Of a stretch of DNA of 64,000 nt, positions 46,447-55,882 are shown piece after piece. Position numbers and translations under genes: made by a program. The DNA comes from a virus. Below the pieces are notes generated by a model that worked only from the letters and a program-made list of their open reading frames with translations, searched no databases and had not been told where the DNA came from. Position 1 is the first letter of the stretch. The number at the start of each line of letters is the position of its first letter. Location: positions 64,001 through 128,000 of the IMG/VR virus record IMGVR_UViG_3300042539_000280; one strand, given 5' to 3'.

Positions 46447-47303
46447 AAGTCTCCGATGGACTCAATCATTGCTTTGAGTCCTTTCTGTATAAAATAGTCA
46501 AACATTACCTGTTTAGTGGCAGGTTTGGCATCTTCAAATGCCGTGACAATGCTGGTCTGAACCTCGTTTGGTATATAGTCAAAATCGACTAGAGTTTGGT
46601 TACGCTTGAAACCACGAAGCATAGTATCGGTGGTGCAGAATGCCTCGACATCCTGTCCGATCCACTCCTGTAATTTCTTGCTGCTAATGACCTTCTGGCG
46701 TTCACCAGCGGCGAAGCAATTGTCGGGCGACAGAAAGTTAGGAATCCCATCACCACGATCACCTTTGATAATATGCTCACGCACGAAGGTCTTGGGATCG
46801 TCAATCTTGATGAACCGCTTTAGAATAGGCGAATACTGTGTAACATTAGGATACTTCTGCAACTGGCCAAAGTCCTTGTCAGATGACAGAATAAGGACTT
46901 CACCATGAGGCGCCAGACGGGCAGCAAGGACGGCAATAACATCGTCCGCTTCCGCACCATGAACGTCAATAACCTTGTAAGGGAAAAATTCTTTGAGTTC
47001 GTCTCTAATCTTGTTTAGGACATCAAAGATCATACCCCAATCATAACCAGAGGACTCACGGTCATGCTTACGCTGGGACTTATAGAAAGGGAAATAGTCC
47101 TTGCGCCAGTAATGTCGATTGTCACAACAAAGCACCACATTAGGATACTTTGACTTGAATTGACGCACATTGGCACGAATAGTATTGATACACATATGAC
47201 GGATTAAGTCCTCATTCAATTCATTGGACTTAGCCACATGCTTTAGGTGTTGCATTAGATTGGAGATTAGTACCTGATTTAGGTCAATCAACATATATGA
47301 CAT
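46443..47303 (-). CDS. rnh: RNase H / 5'-3' flap exonuclease (T4 rnh)
   Basis: MLIDLNQ..ISN, YWRKDYFPFYK..RK, AEADDVIA, ILSSDKDF.QL, IIKGDRGDGIPN.LS; start at 47303 (AAGGA SD). Confidence 0.93.
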   Translation of the reverse strand: MSYMLIDLNQVLISNLMQHLKHVAKSNELNEDLIRHMCINTIRANVRQFKSKYPNVVLCCDNRHYWRKDYFPFYKSQRKHDRESSGYDWGMIFDVLNKIRDELKEFFPYKVIDVHGAEADDVIAVLAARLAPHGEVLILSSDKDFGQLQKYPNVTQYSPILKRFIKIDDPKTFVREHIIKGDRGDGIPNFLSPDNCFAAGERQKVISSKKLQEWIGQDVEAFCTTDTMLRGFKRNQTLVDFDYIPNEVQTSIVTAFEDAKPATKQVMFDYFIQKGLKAMIESIGDF

Positions 47304-47328
47304 TTTATATTCCTTGTTTGATACACTT

Positions 47329-47357
47329 ATGGTATCATCATTCTTCTTCGCTGTCAA
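47329..47357 (-). promoter_or_regulatory. sigma70-type promoter for rnh
   Basis: TTGACA-17-TACCAT within the end of the upstream ORF. Confidence 0.55.
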
Positions 47358-47730
47358 CCTTTTCCTTGGCGATTTCTTCAATCATTTTGGCAATCTGATC
47401 CGCAATCTGTTCCTGGGTAAGGCCTTCAATATTTCCTTCCAATAGTTTCACATTGTCGTCAATAAACATATGGAGGTGATGATCAAGACCCAATGAACGA
47501 TAAATGGTGGCACGGAGAGAATCCACGACGAGGACAAAATCTTTGGCAAAGGCCTTATTTTCCACCTCAATGTCATAGTTATCCAGTTCTGTGAGAAGAA
47601 ACCCGGCCAGTTCATCAACAACAGAGTCAGCAAACTTTTTGTCCGCTTTCTTGGCCCTCGCCTGATGGATTTCCTCCGGTAGTTCTCGGACTACCTTGCT
47701 TTTGGGAAACTCGATTACTTTGTCAGTCAT
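47338..47730 (-). CDS. Hypothetical protein
   Basis: N-terminal VIEFPK; KDF.LVV.SLRA.IYR..G..H.LH; adjacent to rnh. Confidence 0.65.
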   Translation of the reverse strand: MTDKVIEFPKSKVVRELPEEIHQARAKKADKKFADSVVDELAGFLLTELDNYDIEVENKAFAKDFVLVVDSLRATIYRSLGLDHHLHMFIDDNVKLLEGNIEGLTQEQIADQIAKMIEEIAKEKVDSEEE

Positions 47731-47845
47731 TTCTTATCCTTGTTCTTTAGATCGTAGAATGTGGCAGCAACTACTATGATCCATGTCATAATACCTACTA
47801 CCATGCCAAGATATATGCATGTCCATCCAAATGCTTCTGTAGGTG

Positions 47846-49012
47846 TCATTTCAGCACTCTCAAAAGGATTGTATCGACGTTGATACGACCGGTTGCCTTA
47901 CTCTCTTTTGTAGTTAGGCATTTCATAATGTTACGCAAGTCTACCTTACCAGCCTTCAAGACCTGTTGGACTTGTTCTTCGGGTTTACGGAGTTTCTTTG
48001 TAATCGAAACTGCCTCGTCAAATCCGATAATCGTAGACCCTCTGACCGAAAGGCCATCACGATCCACGGCATGGTACACAGTAAGATTGCGAGTTTTAGT
48101 ATTGAATACCCAAAGTTGCGAAGCACCGATTATTCCTTTCGGGTCGATAGAGGTTAGAGTATCGGCAGAGGCACAGTAGTTCATCTTTGCCACCAATACA
48201 TGAGGCGGCTTGACTTTCTTCTTACGAGGTTTGCGGATTGCCTTGCCGGCTTCCTCAACCTCGTCCATGTGGTCTACAATCTTCTTGATGAATAGACCTA
48301 GAATTTTAAGAACCGGCTTACGCCATCCACGATACGCTTCCACAAGGTCGGGGTCTTTACCAGCCTGGGCCTCGGTGATTTCTTCGTATTGAGGACGGAA
48401 GTGTTCTGCAATCCTCGACGCAATTTGCGGTTTAATTCCCTTCTCAATGGACCACTTCTTAACATCGAATTGAATAACTCCTTCTTGGAAGAAAACGTCT
48501 GTCTGTTCTTCAAGTTCACCGATTAGTTCGGACGCTTTCGCATTGATGCGATCTTGGATAGAAACAACTTTTTGAACCGGCTGTTCCGCTTCATCTTCGG
48601 TCGTTTCCACAACATTCGCCGTGAGTTCTCTAATCTTTGTTTCAACCTTTTTCCATACATCATCGGGTAGGTTGGAACCGGTAGCCAGTAATCGGCAGTT
48701 CCATCCGACGTTATGGAGGTCGATGGCCTTGACCGAAGCCAGTTTTCTAGTAATGTCTTTATCATACTTGATAGACTTTAGGTAGGATATTGTGAAGTTC
48801 TTGGCATCTTCACTGGAATAAAAGTAGTTAAACCAGCTATAAGCAAGTGCCATTTCTGACTGTGTGGAGTCCTCGGTCACAGTGGGTTCCGGACCGAGGT
48901 ACTTTTCGTCTGCAAACTTTGGTCGTCTGACCACTGCCGACTTTCTCACTTTTTTCTCCTTATCCGAAGATTTTTCCATAATCCTTAAACTCGTTGATGA
49001 CACAAATACCAT
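47846..49012 (-). CDS. Conserved T4-like phage hypothetical protein (start uncertain)
   Basis: Y.GPEP, A..WFNYFY, SIQDRI, D.DLVEAY, SIDP..IIGA..LWVFNTKTR, K.LRKPE, GRIN.DTILL. Confidence 0.7.
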   Translation of the reverse strand: MVFVSSTSLRIMEKSSDKEKKVRKSAVVRRPKFADEKYLGPEPTVTEDSTQSEMALAYSWFNYFYSSEDAKNFTISYLKSIKYDKDITRKLASVKAIDLHNVGWNCRLLATGSNLPDDVWKKVETKIRELTANVVETTEDEAEQPVQKVVSIQDRINAKASELIGELEEQTDVFFQEGVIQFDVKKWSIEKGIKPQIASRIAEHFRPQYEEITEAQAGKDPDLVEAYRGWRKPVLKILGLFIKKIVDHMDEVEEAGKAIRKPRKKKVKPPHVLVAKMNYCASADTLTSIDPKGIIGASQLWVFNTKTRNLTVYHAVDRDGLSVRGSTIIGFDEAVSITKKLRKPEEQVQQVLKAGKVDLRNIMKCLTTKESKATGRINVDTILLRVLK

Positions 49013-49253
49013 CCTCTAGGTAATGGTATTCCTGTTCCATTTCTTCGGCATGATCTAATGCCTCATTCAGGGTATGATAGACCTCTGCATCCTGGAAGAT
49101 ATCACGCATTGCTTCCAGATTGCCTTCCCATTTGAAAGTTTCTTCATTGAACTTTCCATAAATGGAGTCGATGGCCTGGGCATATGCTACACGATATTCA
49201 GGACCCTTTTCACTCTCCGTTAGGAGAACATAGATGCCATTATCAGCAGACAT
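48960..49253 (-). CDS. Conserved phage hypothetical protein (MSADNGIY family)
   Basis: MSADNGIYVL...EYRVAYAQAID...AL..A......LEDGI. Confidence 0.7.
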   Translation of the reverse strand: MSADNGIYVLLTESEKGPEYRVAYAQAIDSIYGKFNEETFKWEGNLEAMRDIFQDAEVYHTLNEALDHAEEMEQEYHYLEDGICVINEFKDYGKIFG

Positions 49254-49351
49254 TACTTACCCTTCTTTCCCTTGAGACGGCGTGCCTTACGCTTGGTCGA
49301 TCCAATCTTGCGACGACCCTTGCGTGGTCGGTTCTTATGTGGGTGCGGCAT
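49253..49351 (-). CDS. 32-aa extremely basic peptide, not in the ORF track
   Basis: AAGGAG SD; MPHPHKNRPRKGRRKIGSTKRKARRLKGKKGK; TAA overlaps the next ATG. Confidence 0.7.
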   Translation of the reverse strand: MPHPHKNRPRKGRRKIGSTKRKARRLKGKKGK

Positions 49352-49354
49352 ATT

Positions 49355-49633
49355 CTACTCCTTCAAAAGTTGTTTCACTGAATCATATCGGAATGAACGC
49401 CATCCACCAGCATCGATATCCCATACCGCTTGGACGTTATCATTCAACTGCCGAGCATTTTGAGGAACTTGTCCGTCATACTCGGAAAGCATAGCAGGTT
49501 CCACCTGCGGAACATATAGATCGGAAAGAGTGGCCCGCATAGTGCGTTCCGTACCGTCGGCTTTCTCAAAGACTACGGTAACAACCCCATTCTTTAGATC
49601 CTCACGCAAAGCATATTTATCAATCATGGTCAT
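49355..49633 (-). CDS. WYL-like SH3-fold protein
   Basis: L..GVVTV.FEKADGTERTMRATL...VWDIDAGGWRSFR.D. Confidence 0.75.
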   Translation of the reverse strand: MTMIDKYALREDLKNGVVTVVFEKADGTERTMRATLSDLYVPQVEPAMLSEYDGQVPQNARQLNDNVQAVWDIDAGGWRSFRYDSVKQLLKE

Positions 49634-49857
49634 TTTCCTTCGTTGAGCAATTTTTCAAGTTCATTATAACCGCCGATGAACACTTTGTCAACTGTTATTA
49701 TAGGAAAAGTTCTGGCGTCTGGGAACATTTCCAAGATGGTGTCACGGTCAAAGTCCTTACCTAACTTATGGACAACGTGTTCTTTTGCCTTGAGTTTTAG
49801 TAGTGTAATTGCCTTGTCGCAAAAGACACATTGGTCTTTAGAATATACTGTAATCAT
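49630..49857 (-). CDS. Glutaredoxin (NrdC-like)
   Basis: YSKDQCVFCDKA...RTFPII...FIGGYNEL. Confidence 0.9.
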   Translation of the reverse strand: MITVYSKDQCVFCDKAITLLKLKAKEHVVHKLGKDFDRDTILEMFPDARTFPIITVDKVFIGGYNELEKLLNEGK

Positions 49858-50441
49858 CTAAACGGTGCTCCTGTAATCCAACCGACTAAACTATGTCGGG
49901 TTCCTTTTGTTGTGGGTGTAACGCTATGAAGAATGTATGAGGGAAAGGCAATCACTGTGCCCTGTTTTCGTGATGCTTTGGTGGGTTCTCCACCTAAAAA
50001 GAATTGTAGTTCTCCGCCTTCATATTCACTTTCATCAGTCAACTGTATAACGATGGTTAGTTTTCTGACCAGGCCTTTTAGTAACTTGTCGGTATGTTCA
50101 CTATAATGTCCTGATGGAGCATTGTATTCTGTAAACTGTAGACCTTCTTGGAAACCCCAAATATCAAAATTGAAACACTTATTGTTGATAGGTATCACAT
50201 ATGCAGTTATCTTATCAAATAACCAATCAAATTCTTTATTGTCATAGTCAATGAAACAAATCTTGCTATCCCGGATATTCTGATTATATACCGAATCCTT
50301 TTGTTGCTGGATTTCAGCCGTTTCAAGGTATAACTTTTTAGACTGTTCTATGATCCTTTGACATTCTTCGGGACTAAAAACATTATGTGAAAAGACATAA
50401 TTTTCCACGCTATCATTCTTACAATAATCAGGTAACATCAC
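49854..50441 (-). CDS. 2OG-Fe(II) oxygenase (PKHD/prolyl hydroxylase-like)
   Basis: LQFTEY....HY..HTD...RKLT...QL.....YEGGEL...G..IAFPSY.LH.V.P.T.GTR.SLVGW..G. Confidence 0.9.
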   Translation of the reverse strand: MMLPDYCKNDSVENYVFSHNVFSPEECQRIIEQSKKLYLETAEIQQQKDSVYNQNIRDSKICFIDYDNKEFDWLFDKITAYVIPINNKCFNFDIWGFQEGLQFTEYNAPSGHYSEHTDKLLKGLVRKLTIVIQLTDESEYEGGELQFFLGGEPTKASRKQGTVIAFPSYILHSVTPTTKGTRHSLVGWITGAPFR

Positions 50442-50836
50442 TTTCCTTTCACATGAGACTTTCTAACTCTAACCATAATCCATTCGTTATAGTATTGTTC
50501 GGAGATTAGTGCGTCCCTGTCAAACTGTTCTTTAGCTTCATAATACGACGCTTCGCCTTTGCTCTTACATAGACGGATGATTTCTCGTGAAAATTTTTCC
50601 TTACCGAAGATTTCAACATGCTGGAGAAGTTCTTTATTGCTGCCATAGTAATCTAACCAATCTGAATCCACCTGTTTCTTGACACGTTTCCCCTTCTTCT
50701 TGGCGGTGCGAGTGAATTTGAATAGTTTTTTCCCAACGTATTTACGTCCTGTCGGAAGGCAGGTGATAACGTAAACGAAGGCCTGATAACCTTCGGGGAT
50801 TTCGGTGAGGGGTTCGTTGTTATAGGTCCATGTCAT
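50438..50836 (-). CDS. GIY-YIG-like (Seg-type) small nuclease
   Basis: AFVYVIT....GRKYVGKK...SDW..YYGS...FSREI..LC...YYE...YYN. Confidence 0.75.
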   Translation of the reverse strand: MTWTYNNEPLTEIPEGYQAFVYVITCLPTGRKYVGKKLFKFTRTAKKKGKRVKKQVDSDWLDYYGSNKELLQHVEIFGKEKFSREIIRLCKSKGEASYYEAKEQFDRDALISEQYYNEWIMVRVRKSHVKGK

Positions 50837-50849
50837 AGACCTATATAGG

Positions 50850-51065
50850 TCATTCCTCGTATTCTATTTCAGGTGGATACTTTTCGTTCCAAACTTCATC
50901 AAATGCTGAGTCTATGTCGAGACATTCTTCCAGGTTCTTGGCATCAAAGTCCTCAAATACTTCTAGTAGAACCTCATATACTTCTTTCCTATCATCATAT
51001 GAAACATCACCTTCTGATAGTCTTTCCAATATCTGTCCTAGAACCTGTGTACCTTGGGCTTTCAT
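50850..51065 (-). CDS. Acidic hypothetical protein
   Basis: 71 aa; D.FD...L.E...ID.AFD; coupled ORF. Confidence 0.55.
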   Translation of the reverse strand: MKAQGTQVLGQILERLSEGDVSYDDRKEVYEVLLEVFEDFDAKNLEECLDIDSAFDEVWNEKYPPEIEYEE

Positions 51066-51412
51066 TCTTGCTTACCTTTCTTGTTGTAAAAGTAAGACAT
51101 ATAGGCTTGGAACGAATCAACCATCATTTTGTATCCGATATTGGACGCCATCATAAAATTTCTGTACCACTCATATGAGGTACTCCTGGCCAGTATGTCT
51201 GGGTTTTCTTGTTTCTTTCGTTTGTGTTTCTTTTGTAATAATGTCTTGTCATCAATCATAGTCTCTAAGAATTGTATTCTCTTTTCATTCGCTTCTTGAC
51301 AAGAAAGCAAGTAAGGATCAGGACCCATCACCTTTCTTGCTTTTCTCATCTTCTTTGCTATGTGTCTTGCGACATGTAGTTGATCAAGTAAAATTTCATC
51401 CAGTTCATTCAT
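51062..51412 (-). CDS. Hypothetical protein
   Basis: 116-aa ORF, ATGA-coupled on both sides. Confidence 0.5.
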   Translation of the reverse strand: MNELDEILLDQLHVARHIAKKMRKARKVMGPDPYLLSCQEANEKRIQFLETMIDDKTLLQKKHKRKKQENPDILARSTSYEWYRNFMMASNIGYKMMVDSFQAYMSYFYNKKGKQE

Positions 51413-51774
51413 AAAATTTCCATAGTGAACAATGCACGAGTATAAGTCTCTGGATCATAAGGAATCTTCTGTCTAGCAAAGACAACAAACCCCATGTCAC
51501 CAGGCTTCATAACCTCACGCATAGACTTACCAGTTGTCCATACATCATCGACCACAAGACGAATTGGATTCTTTGGATTGCAATACTTTTGCAAAGCATT
51601 AGCTAGTTTGGTACCACCTCTTGGAATGCCATAGACGGAACCAAACTCCGTCTTTTCGCTAATCATCTTAGCAAGACAATCCCAATCTTCGTCAGTGAGT
51701 GCGTCACATTCAATCTTCCATTCTAGTTCATTACCAGCATGGGAGATAAAGTTACCGAGTTGAAATAGGTTCAT
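51409..51774 (-). CDS. Phosphoribosyltransferase-like protein (OPRT-like)
   Basis: F.SHAG..L.WKIECD, GIPRGG, LVVDDVWTTGKS (PRPP-binding loop). Confidence 0.8.
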   Translation of the reverse strand: MNLFQLGNFISHAGNELEWKIECDALTDEDWDCLAKMISEKTEFGSVYGIPRGGTKLANALQKYCNPKNPIRLVVDDVWTTGKSMREVMKPGDMGFVVFARQKIPYDPETYTRALFTMEIL

Positions 51775-51992
51775 TGTGCTTCTTCCAGTTTCTTCTTCGC
51801 ATCAAGAAATTCAATGACATTCTCATACTTGAGTTTTTCAGCATCCTCTTTAGGAAGAAGATCATATATGGGTGATTCCACAATCTGCTTTACAAGTTCT
51901 TCTCTTGACATATTGATAATGTCACCGAAGAAACGGTTAGCAACGTCTTTGCTAACATAGTTGAGGTCCATTCCTTTCCAAGTCTTTATCAT
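51771..51992 (-). CDS. Hypothetical protein
   Basis: 73-aa coupled ORF. Confidence 0.5.
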   Translation of the reverse strand: MIKTWKGMDLNYVSKDVANRFFGDIINMSREELVKQIVESPIYDLLPKEDAEKLKYENVIEFLDAKKKLEEAQ

Positions 51993-52387
51993 GGTACAAT
52001 CCTAATAGTTGTGTTGGGGTCATGCTTTACAATCTGGTATAGAGTCGCAGCATTAGCAGGATGCAACCGAACACAGCCGTGAGAGGCAGGCCGACCCAGG
52101 TTCCCAATATGTGGAGTAGCATGAATAGCATAACCACCGCTAAAGAAAATAGAATGAGGCATAGGGGCATTGTCGTATTTCTTTGAATAGTGCATTAGTT
52201 GAAGGGAATAAGGATGGAATGTACCAGTGGGAGTATAATATCCTTTACGGGCGGTTGAGACTCGCCACTGGTACGAGCCATAGTCACTATCAACCTGCAT
52301 CATCTGGTGCGACTTGCTAATAGTGATATTGGTTTCTGCGGCAGCGGGTGTAGCGAATAGCATTGCTGCAATAAGTAGTTTCTTCAT
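51989..52387 (-). CDS. L,D-transpeptidase (YkuD family) with signal peptide
   Basis: MKKLLIAAMLFATPAAA| signal; W.VSTARKGY.TP.G.F...APMP.SIFF.GGYAIH....LGRPASHGCVRL. Confidence 0.88.
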   Translation of the reverse strand: MKKLLIAAMLFATPAAAETNITISKSHQMMQVDSDYGSYQWRVSTARKGYYTPTGTFHPYSLQLMHYSKKYDNAPMPHSIFFSGGYAIHATPHIGNLGRPASHGCVRLHPANAATLYQIVKHDPNTTIRIVP

Positions 52388-52863
52388 TTCACTTTCTCCA
52401 TATATGTAGCACATGACGCTGGTAGTTTATTATCATACTTACAATATGCGGCGATCCAATCTGTAGCGATTGCTTTCTGTGCTTCCTCTAATGAGATTTT
52501 ACCGTCACATACCATTCTATTCAGGTGATGTTCTAATCCGTCTTTGACTCTGGCATTCCATGTTTCAGTATAGAACGATTGAGGCCATAGATTCCGCATA
52601 GAGTTTGATCCACCAAGTTCTAAACTGATTAGATGATCAACCTCATATTGTCCGGGAACTCTTGTTATACCATATAACTCATAGATATGATCCTTTTTTG
52701 ATTGCGAAACATGCCTAACTGTCTTAGTATAACCTACTGTGCAAACTTTGTCAAGACCCACTGGTAAGGTATCACCAGGAGTCATAGCAGGATTAGGAAG
52801 GATGGGATCTGCTCCCCATGCCAGTGAAGGCACGAGGAGCATTGCTAGGATTAGATTTCGCAT
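52384..52863 (-). CDS. Secreted HNH-like protein
   Basis: Signal peptide; TPG...VC..GY...VR; YEVDHLISLELGGSN...NLWPQ; KD.LE..L...VC.G.I.L.EAQ.AIA.DW. Confidence 0.75.
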   Translation of the reverse strand: MRNLILAMLLVPSLAWGADPILPNPAMTPGDTLPVGLDKVCTVGYTKTVRHVSQSKKDHIYELYGITRVPGQYEVDHLISLELGGSNSMRNLWPQSFYTETWNARVKDGLEHHLNRMVCDGKISLEEAQKAIATDWIAAYCKYDNKLPASCATYMEKVK

Positions 52864-54746
52864 CCGCCGGCCGTGCAGGCAAGAGTTTGGACACCTTCAA
52901 CATTGTCATCCATTTCAACCAATGTATCCCAATCAAGTGATTTAGGAATTGAAGGTAGCATTGCTTCATACAAGTCTTGTGTGATTTCTTCATAAGGTGC
53001 TTGACGATACGAACCACCGTCATGTGGAAGGAATGATACACCAGACATTTCATCAAAGTGATCATATACCCATGCACCAACTTTCATCCATTCATCTTCT
53101 TTGACGTTGATTGTAACGGATGGCTTATGCTCACACCATGCTTCCTGATAGATAGCCCATAGTTCAAGATGCTTGATTGCGTCGATATCGTCTCTTACAA
53201 CTGCACCCTTTGGTGCTTTCATTGGGAAAGAGAACACCGTTGTGGAGTCAGGCTTCATAACGTCTGGCTCCCATGGCACACCCTTGTCCTTCATGAATTG
53301 GGTGAGAGGATCTTTATTATCAGCACGGACACGGCGGATATAATAATTGGCATGGCGAGGATGAATGCCAGAAGCGGAGTCACAGAGTTGTGAGACTGTT
53401 CCTGATGGTTTGACACAGGTGATGGCTGCTGCTGGGTTGATGCCGAGTGTGTTGGCGAGGTTAGCATTGGTGTTGATCGCATGATCACGGAGTTCATTTA
53501 GTCTCTCCTTTATATTCTTATCATCTGGATTGTTGAATAGTTTGGAGTCATAGATGCCTGTGAGAGAAACACCAAGTAGTCTTTCTTCTTCGGCGTTCTT
53601 AACCCAAATCTTTCTTAGATACGGGAAATCAGTGAGAGTAGACTGGAAAGTACCGAGAATAGTAGCAACCTCAATCTTTTCCTTAATCTGTTCAATGGTG
53701 TCTGTGGCTCTGATAACCACTTCGGTAAGGTTACAAAATCCGTATGGTCTAAGGATAATTTCACTACACGGATTGGTGCCGAATAACTGATCAGCATTTC
53801 TTCTTCCGTTTCTTTTGGCGATTTTCTGACATGCTTCACGACTGAATAAACCTCTCTCTCCTGATTTCGACTCATATAGTGATACCCATTCGGACATGAA
53901 TGAACCAATTTCTGGTTTCTCGTTATATACGGCCGAGTTGTTTGATAATGCTCTCTGAGGGTTGGCCTCCCACCATGCACCTGCCTTGGCGTGGCGCATA
54001 CGGTCATCTGATAGATTAGATAGACTGATCATAGCAGAACGGCGAACACCACCGACCACCACAACCTCACCGATCTTACACATAATGTCATGACATTCAA
54101 GTGAGGTAAGACGGCGACCATGTGCGTTACGAAACATCTTTACAACAAACTTAAACAGTTCCGAAAGTGGGCCTGGTCCAGATGAACGGCCACCAAATGT
54201 CTTTAGAGGAGCACCTGCTGGTCGAACCTTGGTCAGGTCCCACTTTGGAACTTCGCCCGTATAGAGAAGTGCAATAAGCATACGGAGAGCCTTTGCCCAT
54301 CCTTCCTTACTGTCTCTAACGACGATTACGGTTTCAGAGTCAAATAGTTTCTCTGGAATTTCTGGTAGTTGATTGATAAACTGGCGTTCAACGGAGAATC
54401 CTACACCTGTGCCACATAAGAGGATAAACATGGCTTCATCAAAGGCCTTGGGATCATCAATAGGTAGAAACGAACAGTTATAACCACAAGTGTGGTCACG
54501 CATAAGTGCCTTGCCAGATGTCATCAGGGCTCGCATAGAAGGCATGACCTTCATGTCATGAATGTGATCGAATATGCGTTTACGAAGGTCTGGTGTTATA
54601 TCGTAACTATGATTTGTATGTAAGTGCATATACATAAAGTCAAGGTAACGATTGATTGTTTCTTCCCAGTTCTCACGGCGATTTTGTTCTGGTAGATAGC
54701 GTGAGTATCTGCTCTTGTAAATAAACTCTTGATATAAACTGTCCAT
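52851..54746 (-). CDS. nrdJ: Class II (B12-dependent) ribonucleotide reductase
   Basis: PSMRAL, YNCSF, GTGVGFSVE, VGGVRRSAMISL, TNPCSEI, CNLTEV, TCVKPSGTVSQL, HKPSVT, C-terminal ACTAGGCEI. Confidence 0.93.
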   Translation of the reverse strand: MDSLYQEFIYKSRYSRYLPEQNRRENWEETINRYLDFMYMHLHTNHSYDITPDLRKRIFDHIHDMKVMPSMRALMTSGKALMRDHTCGYNCSFLPIDDPKAFDEAMFILLCGTGVGFSVERQFINQLPEIPEKLFDSETVIVVRDSKEGWAKALRMLIALLYTGEVPKWDLTKVRPAGAPLKTFGGRSSGPGPLSELFKFVVKMFRNAHGRRLTSLECHDIMCKIGEVVVVGGVRRSAMISLSNLSDDRMRHAKAGAWWEANPQRALSNNSAVYNEKPEIGSFMSEWVSLYESKSGERGLFSREACQKIAKRNGRRNADQLFGTNPCSEIILRPYGFCNLTEVVIRATDTIEQIKEKIEVATILGTFQSTLTDFPYLRKIWVKNAEEERLLGVSLTGIYDSKLFNNPDDKNIKERLNELRDHAINTNANLANTLGINPAAAITCVKPSGTVSQLCDSASGIHPRHANYYIRRVRADNKDPLTQFMKDKGVPWEPDVMKPDSTTVFSFPMKAPKGAVVRDDIDAIKHLELWAIYQEAWCEHKPSVTINVKEDEWMKVGAWVYDHFDEMSGVSFLPHDGGSYRQAPYEEITQDLYEAMLPSIPKSLDWDTLVEMDDNVEGVQTLACTAGGCEI

Positions 54747-54759
54747 TCTTACTTCCTCT

Positions 54760-54945
54760 TTAAAAATCTTCTATGATTTCAAACTCAACGTCTTTGTATT
54801 TGTTCTTAAAGTATTCTGTATATCTAACGACGGCCACCCTTGATAGTTTGTTTCGTCTGATTTGTTTGTTTTCACCTTGTTCATCAACATATTTGATAAG
54901 CATATGGTAGGTGTTTATTTTCATGACCAGAACTTCCAATGCCAT
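54760..54945 (-). CDS. Small protein, paralogue of 42943-43095 (start probably MKINTY)
   Basis: NT...LSRVAVVRYTEYFKN. Confidence 0.55.
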   Translation of the reverse strand: MALEVLVMKINTYHMLIKYVDEQGENKQIRRNKLSRVAVVRYTEYFKNKYKDVEFEIIEDF

Positions 54946-55679
54946 GACTTATGAAAAGCCTTATCAATCGCTTCTTGAGCATCAAATTCAGGTTCTGGGA
55001 ACCAATACTCACGCAATGACGGGAAGTGTTTTAGTATCTCTTCCTGTGCAGCAAGAGCAACCTGACGGTGTTCTTTCTGTGTGCCTTCTTCGGATCTAAC
55101 GTCAATGTAATGAATCCAAGAACGAAGCGTCCCTGACATATATAGACGGGTTGTGGTTAGACCTTCTGGAAGAATTGCTCTGGCTTGTTCTTTGGCAATG
55201 CCCCATTTGATAGCATCCTCATAAAAGATTTTAGCAACCTTTGTAACACTATCTTGATTGTTTTTCCATCGCCATTCCAAATCTTCATCATCAGTCTCAA
55301 TACTATTCTGACGGTTCTTAGCATCCTGTAGTCTTGCCTCTCTCGTTACAAACTGCATGTCCTTAGTTGGGTCAGCATAACGCTGGCTAAACTCCTGAAA
55401 AGAGAATGAACGATGGCGAATGATCTGGTGAGAGATATCACGAGTTGTATTGATTTCCATTGTGATAGAAACCATCTCAAAAGGGCTCCAGTGGCGATGT
55501 TCAATCAGATACTTGAGGAGTTTAGGTGCGGTTAGATTGTTATTCTGATTGCCTGGATTCGATACTCTGGCGGTATATGCGATAAATTCTTCTGGAGTCT
55601 TATAGATAATGTTTTCTGCCATATCTATATGATCCATAATAAGCGGCTGTGTTACTGCAATAATCTTAGCATCGTTCAT
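54921..55679 (-). CDS. thyX: Flavin-dependent thymidylate synthase
   Basis: ARVSNP, HWSPFE, QIIRHRSFSFQEFSQRY, AKEQARAILP, GTLRSWIHY..VR...TQKEH. Confidence 0.95.
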   Translation of the reverse strand: MNDAKIIAVTQPLIMDHIDMAENIIYKTPEEFIAYTARVSNPGNQNNNLTAPKLLKYLIEHRHWSPFEMVSITMEINTTRDISHQIIRHRSFSFQEFSQRYADPTKDMQFVTREARLQDAKNRQNSIETDDEDLEWRWKNNQDSVTKVAKIFYEDAIKWGIAKEQARAILPEGLTTTRLYMSGTLRSWIHYIDVRSEEGTQKEHRQVALAAQEEILKHFPSLREYWFPEPEFDAQEAIDKAFHKSWHWKFWS

Positions 55680-55882
55680 TGTGCTTCCTCAATCATTTTG
55701 ATAACTTCTTTTACACTTTCTTCCACATGCCATGTATTACCTGCACCAAAAATTATTGTTCTTAGTGAACCACCATCCGTTGGTCTCTCATAAACAGAAA
55801 CGATATGATCTCTATTGATATAAATTGGCATGTCTAAAGTTTCATGTGAGGATATATTAGTAAATCTCAACATCTTTGTCAT
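55676..55882 (-). CDS. Small FlbD-like protein
   Basis: IYINRDHIVSV...T.I......VEESV.EV..MI. Confidence 0.45.
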   Translation of the reverse strand: MTKMLRFTNISSHETLDMPIYINRDHIVSVYERPTDGGSLRTIIFGAGNTWHVEESVKEVIKMIEEAQ

